NCBI GenBank assembly: GCA_024704765.1
Contig: JAKMXF010000144.1
Span: 496,001-560,000 of the forward strand
Reading direction: 5' to 3'
Length of the DNA stretch: 64,000 nucleotides
Origin: Oopsacas minuta
Lineage: Eukaryota > Animalia > Porifera
Positions 32,938-47,801 of the stretch are shown here, piece by piece. The position numbers were made by a program, and so were the translations under genes. Numbering within the stretch: position 1 is the first letter of the stretch; each line of letters begins with the position of its first letter. The notes beneath the pieces were generated by a model. That model was not told the DNA's origin and ran no database searches. It saw only the letters and a program-made list of their open reading frames with translations.

Positions 32938-32960
32938 GTTTAAGAACCGCTGGCCTAGAG
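32938..32960. mobile_element. Solo hAT-like terminal inverted repeat remnant
   Basis: GTTTAAGAACCGCTG (reverse complement CAGCGGTTCTTAAAC, typical of hAT/Charlie ends) followed by GCCTAGAG, which resembles the hAT NTCTAGAN target. The partner end was not found. Confidence 0.4.
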
Positions 32961-33419
32961 TGTTAATTAATTAACAAATTCAGATTCTAACTTATAGTAC
33001 TGGTGAAACTTGGGAGAAACATGAATTTGCGTCATGGTTGCAGGGCGTTTAGTAGTTCGCTACTAATCAAAATCAAGCATTTCTTCTGATGGAAATAATC
33101 ATTTCACAGATATAAAAAATGTTCAAGCAACAGACTGGTAGTGCAGCTCAGGTTTATGTATTTTGTTCTTTTCAGGCCGCGGGGATGGACCTAAGGACGT
33201 ATGGACGTCGCACATCATCCATGTCATTAGGGCATCTCCTTATAGGAGCTGCACTAAAATTAGAAAAATCTCAAAGTACTCATTACAACACGTTGGGGAC
33301 TGGGGCAGCACAGTACACTCAATCCGAATTTCGCCTTTCAAGTTTCTCATAAATAGATTTATTGATGATTTCATGATCTGATGGATTATGTAATATTATG
33401 AATTATGGTCCTAAATAGG

Positions 33420-33495
33420 TCGTCAATTCGGATAATAAATAACAACTCGAGGCGCAAAACGCCTAGCCCATTGTGAAGGAATGAGTCAAGCATAG
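33420..33495. repeat. Dispersed hairpin-rich repeat, copy 1 (homologous to 56350-56435)
   Basis: CGTCAATTCGGATAATA...CTCGAGGCGCAAAACGCCTAGCCCATTGTGAAGGAATGAGTCAA aligns with CATCGATTTGGAGAATA...CTCGAGGCGCAATGCGCCGAGTTCATCGCGAAGCGACGAGCCAA. Confidence 0.65.
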
Positions 33496-34212
33496 TATAG
33501 TAGAATATATGAAAATTATAGGGGATTATTAAGTAACAACTTTACTATACCACCTGGCTTATCTATATGATTTATAGATTGGAGATATTTGTCATATGCA
33601 TTCTATGTCCTTTAAAAGAGATATATTTACGTGTTCTCCAATAATATTCTTGTCTAATCAGTTTATTCAACCTGTATATACACAAGAACTCTGTCAGTAC
33701 TTGCTCTCTGTCTCAAGAGGCAGAAATGAAGCTTCTTATCCTGTTGTACGTCGTACACAAACTTTTCAAAAGTCTATTATGTATAGAATTACATTTTGGC
33801 TATATCCATGTATGTATTCGGACTACCTCTTAAGCTCTTATCCCAGGTATAATATTAACAGAGTTCATTGTATTCAATTCTTTTACAAAATTACCTGAAC
33901 TAACAAGCTCAAAACTATATTTTGAAACCTACACAAAGCGTTTATTCTATCCAAGGACAATAATTACATTAGCCTACATACAGGTTACATTACCTCTAAA
34001 TTATGATAATACTTATCTTAGAAATTATACATTATTGTAATAACTTATCGTAATATTTAAACAAATATAACTAAGCCAGTTTCTTACAATTATATTACCT
34101 CACCTTTGATATATTTGTCACAATATTACGTAATATATTTAGTCACTAGCTAGCAATTCGGTAGGTACATTTCCTACTCTCATTTCTCATACAACTCGTG
34201 CTCGTATAATAA

Positions 34213-36837
<2,625 letters not shown>

Positions 36838-37442
36838 TAGCACTGCTCTCCTGCCTCTCTGTCTCTGTCTCTCTCCCCTGCACCTACTTTGTAGTAAATT
36901 TTGTTGTTTTATATATATTGTGCAGCAGAGAGCGCTTGTAACATATAATAATCAATGATACTTCGCTAGAGCATGGATATAGTGTCCATATCTAGGTTTT
37001 ATTGTAGTTTTACGTATTATCGTATGCTTGTGAGATGTAGTCTCAATCTCTAGATATAACATCTATCTGTATTTATTAATTAAAAACACTGTAACTAAAT
37101 GAAATAATTGTTTGTTGTTTGTTGTGTTGGTGAGTAATTACGTATGATTATTTATTGTTTAATTAGTTCGAAAAAATCCACCTCAAATACAGTAGAATTC
37201 GGATAGTACGTACTTATTTTTTCCCCGAGGTGTTACGTCTTATCCGAGCTCTACTGCATGCCATGAGATAGATTGGCTACACCTTTAGCTATAGATGATC
37301 AAGCCCATTTCGATGGTTTGTTGGTGATCAGGTTTGACCGAATTCAAACCTATTCTGCGAATATACTGCGGATATTTGTCCTCTCATTTATACATTACTC
37401 ATTTTCCCTGTTTATTTTCTTGATTAGCTATATACTGAGAAG

Positions 37443-38001
37443 ATGGATAGTATTTCAGGATTCTTAGTCAAGTCTAAGATAACAGGTGAAGTTAAGAATA
37501 TCACTAAAGAGTTAGGTCTAGATGATGATGATCAAGGAGCTGATGAAGCGAGGAGGAAGAGAGAAGCAGAAGCTAACTATAGGAAGCAGGAGGCTAAAAA
37601 TCAGGAGAAAATGAGAGAGATAGAAGCTGGTATAGATTTATAAATACAGTGGAGTTCGCCTATTAGCAAGTCGTGTTTTTCCCTTGCTAATACTCGAACT
37701 TGCTATTAGAGGAATTATTTTTCAATACAAAATGAATAAATGGACTCTAAGTTCTTGAAAATACTCGCTAAAGGCGAACACCATTGTACATTTTCTGATT
37801 TCACAATTCAAATATATTTTGTTTACTTTAGAACACATGAAGAAACAAGAGGTTAGAGAGAAAAAGCGTGAAGAAATGCGAAACAAATATGGCATTGGAG
37901 ATAATAAATCTTCCTCTAGCTCCAGCGCCAGCTCAGGAACGAAACCGCCTATCTCGAAAACTGGCAAAAGCCAGAGTGGAGACAAGTGTAAAGTTTCCTG
38001 A
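37443..38001 (+). CDS. CPLX: Complexin with C-terminal CAAX box (118 aa, two exons)
   Basis: Exons 37443-37629 and 37832-38001 (GTATAG...CTTTAG). The central helix HMKKQEVREKKREEMRNKYGI aligns without gaps to vertebrate YAKMEAEREAVRQGIRDKYGI; ends GDKCKVS. Confidence 0.85.
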
Positions 38002-38200
38002 ATACGTTAGAATTCTAATGTATAGAACTGTACATAATACTCATAATTGTTTTCCCTGCTGCCTGTCCATAAAATCATTAAAACCCAACATTTTAATTTT
38101 TAACTATAGCTCGTATAATTAACTCTTGTATTCTTTCTATAATATCTAGTTGTCTGTTATCAATATCCTGCTTGTGATACTTATAGCTGGTTAGAGAGAG

Positions 38201-39217
38201 ATGGCGTCTTTTCTTTTGTGAGTTATTTGAATCTTTCGTTACTGTTGAGTTGTAATTTAAATTTAACGACACTTTCTCCATTCAAACAAATTCAAGTTTC
38301 AAAATTAGACAAATATACAAACAAACAAACAAACAGACATCAATTTTACTTATAGATTATTCTATTCAGCCCAAGCCGAGGGGCCCGTACATTCAAACCT
38401 AAGAAAGAGATGAAAGAATCTTTCGTGAAGACAGATGACTTTATCAAGAAAGCATCTGCTACATTAGGATCTGGTAACCTCAAACAAGCAGTCAGATTAC
38501 CTGAAGGGCAAGATCTGTGTGAATGGGTCGCTGTCCATAGTTAGTTTAAATTTATACCGTAATCGATATATCCTATACATTCTCTTTCCTATTCATTTAG
38601 CCATAGACTTCTTCAACCAGATAGACATGCTGTATGGTACTGTGACTGATTATTGTACCCAACAACAGTGTCCTGTTATGTCTGCTGGACCAAAGTAAGT
38701 ATGCACACTTATAATATCCTCATTTCAGTCCTATTTATAGATGTCTATCGTAACAGGTACGAGTACCACTGGGCAGACGGGAAGGAGATCAAAAAGCCAG
38801 TTAAATGCTCAGCTCCTAAATACATTGACTATCTAATGACCTGGGCATCTGATATGATTGATGACGAAGCTATTTTCCCAAACCAAATAGGTGAGTAATA
38901 TTACTAATACGATTATCCATTATATTAACTCTCGTCTATATGTAGGTGTACCTTTCCCTAAGAACTTCCTTGGCACAGCTAAGACAATCTATAAACGTTT
39001 CTTTCGTGTCTATGCTCATATATATCACTCGCATTTTGACTCTATTGTAGAGTCAGGAGAGGAAGCACATCTAAATTCTTCATTTAAACATTTCATGTAT
39101 TTCGTTATGGAATTTGAACTTATCGATAAGAAGGAGCTCGCCCCATTACAAGAGCTCATTGACAAATACTGCTACTCAGGTTCACCTAAGGAAGGTTACA
39201 AGGGAGCTGCTTACTAA
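38201..39217 (+). CDS. MOB1: MOB kinase activator 1 (Hippo pathway), 5 exons
   Basis: MASFLF|PSRGARTFKPKK...ATLGSGNLKQAVRLPEGQDLCEWVAVH|TIDFFNQI...CPVMSAGP|KYEYHWADG...YIDYLMTW...|GVPFPKNF...YAHIYHSHF...ELAPLQELI. Confidence 0.96.
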
Positions 39218-39546
39218 ATACAACTACTGACAGACCTCAGTACTTGCAGCACATAGTCTATATAGCATTCCCTCGCCAGCTCTAATTTCATAAATAAGAT
39301 GTTCATTATTATTTAAATAGTTAGTTTTGTATTATTACTGTAATTTTAACAGAGTTTTCTGATTCACAAGGATCTGTGTTAGTAGTACATATCAGGATAT
39401 GTGTTTTGAACTGAAAACTGTTATTTAATTTCTTGTAAACACAATACGTATGCTGTCTATCCCATTATTATTTCATCTATGATAATTGGTTTACAAAATA
39501 CGAACATTTATAAATGCCAAGTTTTGGGAATTCGAATCAAACCTTG

Positions 39547-39574
39547 GGGGCTGTTCAAACGTTTGAACGTCCCC
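39547..39574. repeat. 28-bp palindrome matching the two TIRs of the MITE at 44736-44893 joined head to head
   Basis: GGGGCTGTTCAAAC|GTTTGAACGTCCCC (12 of 14 positions pair); compare the MITE right TIR CGTTTGAACGGCCC. Confidence 0.6.
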
Positions 39575-39738
39575 TTTGGGAAATGTGTCCATCAAATTTT
39601 TGGGTAAATATATAATATGGGTCTTGCATAGGGGCGCGGATCCACTATTGTCCAAAGGATGGAGGCTTAGCTTGATCCTTGCGAGCGCTTTTGGGCGTTT
39701 CGGTGTTTGTCTCATAAACTTTTACAATTATTTCAAAG

Positions 39739-39927
39739 ATGATTTTAGCCCTAAAGCAAGTCAAACTAATCCAATGGAAGAGGAAATATCTTGCTAAGAT
39801 AGCATTTGGTGGCAAGATGTATGATGCAATATTAGCAGCTCGCAGGAGACCTAGTGAATTCAAATATCCTAAAATATCATTTGACAGAACTTTATTATAT
39901 GTTCCAGATGAAAAACCTAAAAAGTAA
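39739..39927 (+). CDS. Candidate small basic protein (62 aa)
   Basis: ATG-initiated ORF MILALKQVKLIQWKRKYLAKIAFGGKMYDAILAARRRPSEFKYPK..., co-oriented in a gap between genes and preceded by TTTCAAAG. No homology recognised. Confidence 0.3.
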   Translation: MILALKQVKLIQWKRKYLAKIAFGGKMYDAILAARRRPSEFKYPKISFDRTLLYVPDEKPKK

Positions 39928-40444
39928 TTTATCACTAATAATATTTCTATTGCTTATAATTACGGAATTTGATATTTCCCCTTACTAAATTCATTTTCAA
40001 AAATCAGTGCTTCATTTCCTTCACTACGAAAATGCGCGTAAGGAACTCAAGTATATTCCAAGTATAATTCTGGCAGCAATACCATATAATTGCTGCAAAA
40101 AACACAATTCCATTACTACCTATCTTTGTGATGATTTTAGTTTCTACCTTACATTTCGTACTGGAATTAATTCTAGCGCGAAACATTGCGATAATGTGAT
40201 CATTCTTCGAGTTACTATAGGCGTTCTTTTTTCGCGAGATAACAAGTCAAATATTCTTTTGTTCACAAATCGCGTTTATTTCTTATCAGTAATTATCCAT
40301 AGTAGAAATTCTATAGACTTTACAATAGTATATTGCTCATATAAAAGCCTTGCAATAATTAGCTTGCCCAAGTTTTCGCCTCATCAACATATCTGGTTTC
40401 TCATTTCTATCAAATCATTTCTTTTCATAAAGTTTTTGATTTCA

Positions 40445-42691
<2,247 letters not shown>

Positions 42692-43549
42692 GTCCTCGCT
42701 ACTTAAAGGGGCGAGAGGAATGCATATTATTTCACTCGTCTCTTACCTTGTGAAGGTAACAACGGTCTGTCTAGTCTAGCTGTTGTAAGTATTTTATCTT
42801 GTTTTTATTTTTGTATCTCCAACTTCGTTCTGTTTATCTCTCTGCATAAGAATTCCCATATACTCTCTAGCTATAGATGTCTCTAGTAGGTACCCGTTAG
42901 ATTTGTACATATTGCTCCTTTTTCCAGTTTTGCTACACAAATAGTTTGCCTGGAATGTGATCGATTTTCTCTCAGCAATATTCTGATGGTGTTTTTTCTA
43001 CTTTCGCTCTATTTCCCTGTTCCCAGCTTAGATTTGGTTCATTTATATTATATATGTCTTTATTATTTTGTGTTGGAAGTTATTACTTATCGATTCTATA
43101 GATTCAGTACTATTGGTATTTTGAATTATTCGTGCAATTTCTTATATATTCTCGTAGTGACAGGCTGAGCGTTGAACTTCATTTGTTATTGATATTACTT
43201 GTTTTGTCTCTTTTCTTATCTGCGTTTGGATTAGTTTATATGAATAAGAATATATACGTTATGAATATTTCTATAATTATGGGAGGGTTAAATACGGGCA
43301 TTGGTTATGTTATATATTTAATTTTATTGGAAATATTGCCATGAACCATGTCCATACTTACTCGCACCTTATAATAATACCCCAGGATTTTCGACAAATT
43401 CTATGGATTTCCAAGTTTTTATATCTCTAAATAGAAAAGAGGATACAATCTCGAAAATTCGTATTCCACTTATCTTTTGATTAATGAATTCTCCCATAAT
43501 CTGTTACATATAATCTGATAAAATAATTATTTGGGACCACTACAGTTTA

Positions 43550-44317
43550 ATGAGTTCTATTGGCACTGGTTATGACGTATCAGCTGGCCAGTTCTCTCCA
43601 GACGGCCGTGTGTTTCAGGTAGAATATGCTCACAAAGCTGTGGAGAACAGTGGTAATGTAATAGCTATGAGATGCTCAGAAGGGGTAGTATTCGGGGTAG
43701 AAAAGTTAGTCACCTCTAAACTGTATGAAAAAGGTGCTAACACGCGTTTATTCGCGATAGACGAACACATAGGCATGGCAGTAGGAGGCGTATTAGCGGA
43801 TGGTAGACGAGTGGTACAAATCGCAAGAGACGAAGCTTCTAATTACCGTTCCAGCTATGGTATGCCTTGTCCATTACATGTACTAAGTGATCGTGTAGCT
43901 AGTTACCTTCATGTATACACGCTGTATGGATTCACAAGGCCATTAGGATGTAGTGTAATATTAGGGAGTTATGACGTCAAATCTGATAAACCTGAACTCT
44001 TCATGATAGAGCCCTCCGGGACCAACTGGGGGTACATGGGATGTGCTGTTGGGAAAGCTAGACAAGGTGCGAAAACCGCAATTGAGAAAGTAATAGTCAA
44101 CAAAGACTTGACTCTTGAAGATTTAGCCAAAGAAACTGCTAAAATTGTGTATATGGTTCATGACGAAATGAAAGACAAACATTTCGAGTTGGAGTTAGGT
44201 TGGGTGGGAAAAAATTCAAATGGTTTCTACCAAAGACTTCCTGAAAAGTTATTCACAGAAGCAGAGAAGTTCGGTAAAGATGCTCTTGTTGAATCTGATT
44301 CAGATGATGACATATAG
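43550..44317 (+). CDS. PSMA3: 20S proteasome subunit alpha type-3 (alpha7), intronless
   Basis: [71 protein letters not shown]. Confidence 0.98.
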   Translation: MSSIGTGYDVSAGQFSPDGRVFQVEYAHKAVENSGNVIAMRCSEGVVFGVEKLVTSKLYEKGANTRLFAIDEHIGMAVGGVLADGRRVVQIARDEASNYRSSYGMPCPLHVLSDRVASYLHVYTLYGFTRPLGCSVILGSYDVKSDKPELFMIEPSGTNWGYMGCAVGKARQGAKTAIEKVIVNKDLTLEDLAKETAKIVYMVHDEMKDKHFELELGWVGKNSNGFYQRLPEKLFTEAEKFGKDALVESDSDDDI

Positions 44318-44735
44318 ACTTTAGTTAGATCTTAGTAACTCAATTATTGTGTTCATATAGTGCTATTATTGAGTATAGTTTATGAGTGTCACAATTGATA
44401 AAATTGGTTGAGATGAATACATTGGGTTTATTGTGTAGGGTGTGTGATAGCTTAGACTACTTGTCTGTTATGCGTATGTTGATTGGTGAGCTCATTAGTG
44501 TCTTGTCAGAAGTCCTGTTGCTGTTTCAGTCTTATTTTTGAATATAGTATTTGGTATGGTGTATGGTTATATTAAGGCTCGATATACCCATATAGACCTG
44601 CTCCAATGGAATAATTAACTGATCATGTGCGGAGTGTTATGAGTCGACAGATTTAGGTTTCTGTATATTCTATTGAATATGCAATTGTCAGGTTGAACTA
44701 TTTTCTGTAGACAACTCTGGTAAGTTCCTTCTTGA

Positions 44736-44893
44736 GGGCCATTAACGTTACGTAACGCTACCAAAGTGAGGGTGGTATGCAAAATGTGACAGCTCCACTC
44801 TGTTTGTATTACAAAACGGTCAAAAGCTTGACATACGGAGGGGAAGGGTTCAGAATTTAGGGAATTTTGCCTTACGTAACGTTTGAACGGCCC
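44736..44893. mobile_element. 158-bp MITE with about 25-bp TIRs and TTGA flanking direct repeats
   Basis: Left GGGCCATT--AACGTTACGTAACGC versus reverse complement of right end GGGCCGTTCAAACGTTACGTAAGGC; TTGA at 44732-44735 and 44894-44897. Confidence 0.85.
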
Positions 44894-45613
44894 TTGAATG
44901 TAGTATTTAAGGGGTTTACTTATACGGCGATCATCGCGTTGGTGGACCTATTAAATCCCAAGCTAACATCCACCAATAATCATCGCTAGATTCGACCTAT
45001 GTATCCGTCAATACCAGAAGACATGATTGAGACTTATCATCAGTGATACTAGTGATCTCTATGGAAAAGTGATTTCTTATTTTATACCGTTTAATACGTC
45101 ATATATCATATCTGTATTACAAACATAATACGAAGTAATCATTAGATTGGATCTTGTGATACTAAAGTTTCTAATCTCCAGAATATTACGTATGTCGTAA
45201 ATCAGATCATTGATTTCATTTTTAACTTATCTAATGCGTAGTATATTAGATAACAGATAATACACCTCATTGTGTTGATTCTAACTTAGGCTCATATGTA
45301 GCTAAACTATCAGAACATATCTGTAATTGGTAAAATCATAAATATTTCTACAGAATTAATGTAATAATTGTCAGTTGTGAGTCATATAAATAATGTGAAA
45401 TTTGTAAATTGGGACAGATGATATCAACTTCCTGTCCCAATCCATAATATTCATAGGAACAAACACTAACGCTATCTGTTTTTGTAGGAGCATATTCAAC
45501 TGCATGTCTAAATAGATGTCTGTACTAGTAGTGCATGCGTGTGTTGTTTAGCACACACTAGGTGCCTAAGATGGTTACTTAGTAGTGTATTTTGGTAGAA
45601 GCGAGTTTCCGCT

Positions 45614-47287
45614 ATGGCTCAGAACGGCGGGATTCAGTATATTAACAGGAAAGAGAGCTGGTACTTCACTAAGGAGGAGCTAAGCAGGACCCCTTCAACC
45701 AAACACATGGACAAGTCTAAAGAGCTTGCAGCTAGACAGCATGCAGCTAGCTTCATTCAGGACATGGGACTTAGATTGAAAGTGAGTCAAGTGATCATCA
45801 ACACTAGCGTAGTCTACATGCACAGGTTCTACATGCATCACTCGTTCAAGGTGTATAATCGCAATCACATAGCCACTGCTTGTATCTTCCTTGCTTGTAA
45901 GATAGAGGAGCAACCTATCCGAATATATGAGATTGTTAAAGTATTCCTGCTTTCCAAAGGCCAGTCTGTTCTAGACAGGAAAAGGTAAACAGATAATATT
46001 TAGATAATTCGCTATTAGTTTATGAATTTATGCCATTCAGTACTTCTCCATGAATGATACATTATACTCTATTACTGTAGTCCTGACTATCTCCAGCTAG
46101 AAGAACGAATAAAGAATAATGAAATACTGCTGCTACAAACTTTAGGGTTTGAAGTAGCAATAGATCATCCTCACCACTACCTTCTCAAATGTGCCGAACT
46201 GATGAAAATAACTCGTGATATAGCTAAGATATCATATTTCATGGCTCATAACAGTTTACTACTAACTACAATGTGCCTTGAGTATAAGCCACAGACAGTT
46301 GCCTGTGTGTGTATTAATCTGTCATGTAAATGGAAGAATATTATAATACCACTTAGCTCTGAGAACAAAGATTGGTGGAATTACATAGACCCTAATCTAA
46401 CACAAGATGAATTGACTAAGCTTACATATGAATTTATTGGCATAATTGGTTCATGTCCTAGTCGTCTTAAAATCAGGATTGAGGAGTATTGTAAGAACAG
46501 GACCGCTTCCTCTGTTCCCCCTACCCCTCCCAATTCTACACCTTCAAGTTTCTCTACTGTTGTACAGAGCAGTACGAGAAGTAGTGGTCTCCCTGATGCT
46601 AAGAGAGTGCGATATTCAGGACAAGAAACAGCTGATACTACTACACCAGACAAACACTACTCTAATTCTCAACCACGTATATACCCTCATGCCGCACTCT
46701 CAAATCCTAACTCAGGTAATATTATATCATGATATTCATAATACAATCACACACCCGTTAAATCGTTCAATATACCGATGAAACATACTATGTTACGGCT
46801 TGGGACCATATTTATACAATTTCAAACTTCTATATACGCGGGTATTCTATATAACGGGCGTTGACTGTATTCCAAATTCTTGTCTATTATAGATCAGCTA
46901 ATAATTACGGAGTCATATTGGACCATGGATTGAGGATACACTATACGATTTTCTCTTGTTATATTTCATTATCTATCTTCTAGATTAAATTTATTAATGA
47001 AATGAGTAATACAAATCTATACCGAATAGATATTATACTCATATTTCGTTAATTACTACAAATACTTAAGTAGATAAGTAATTACTTACTGCTTCTCAAA
47101 ACAAATCTCTCCAGGGTACCAACACCCCTCACACCAAGGATCTGTCCCTCCCTCCAAGAGAGACTCCGCTAACCAGATGAAAGAGCATGATTACAGACAG
47201 GAGAGACAGAAGAAGGACACACAACAACAACGACACTCAATGTCCTCCTATAAAATACCACATCGTGACGACACCAAAAGAATCTGA
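45614..47287 (+). CDS. CCNT: Cyclin T (P-TEFb subunit), 3 exons
   Basis: WYFTKEEL, ARQHAASFIQDMGLRL, INTSVVYMHRFYM, FLACKIEEQP, LLQTLGFEVAIDHPH, AHNSLLLTTMCLEYKP; exons 45614-45984, 46081-46715 and 47115-47287. Confidence 0.93.
46744..46867. mobile_element. Tc1/pogo-type MITE in cyclin T intron 2
   Basis: TA|CAATCACACACCCGTTAAAT versus reverse complement of right end TA|CAGTCAACGCCCGTTATAT. Confidence 0.65.
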
Positions 47288-47801
47288 CCCCTCTAGTCAA
47301 TTCGGCTCACTCGCCCACTCAACTAGGTAAACCTATTTACAATTATTTAAGAAGACTCAATGTATTTCTAGCAGACCTGACCTGATGAGAAGGACTGCTT
47401 TATTAGTGTGGTCAGTTGGTTGGTTTGTGAGATTTGACCTGAACAATGAATAGATACTAACTCGTTAACTTGTTAACTGCTACTTGCTATCATATTCTGT
47501 TGCTCTTCTAAAGTTGTGACTTAGACTATATAGGGAAAGTTGAATTATACAAATTTAATACTTGTGTGTAATGCTAAGATTATTTACATATACAATTTTC
47601 TAAAAATTGTAATTGAAAACTCATTAAATATGGGGAAAGTATAAACAAATTTTTTTCCTTCGAATAAATATATTTAATGATTTTTGCAACCAAGAAATTT
47701 ACTCAATATTGCATATATCCATGGTACAGACAAATTGCTAATATAGTTCGTTGATAAATTAAGTGGGGTCCATTGTGTTCATACAACCTAGCCAATTTTT
47801 A

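Noticed and set aside
40007-40444. Long N-terminal extension of ORF 40007-40738
   Set aside because: It starts at GTG, is T-rich and Phe/Ile/Leu-biased like non-coding AT-rich DNA; only the part from 40445 splices into ZCCHC24.
47763-47801. GTG/TTG starts in the ORF track (also 5871, 9130, 36235, 58803, 63866)
   Set aside because: Eukaryotic context; these are internal exon positions or upstream in-frame sequence, not initiation codons.
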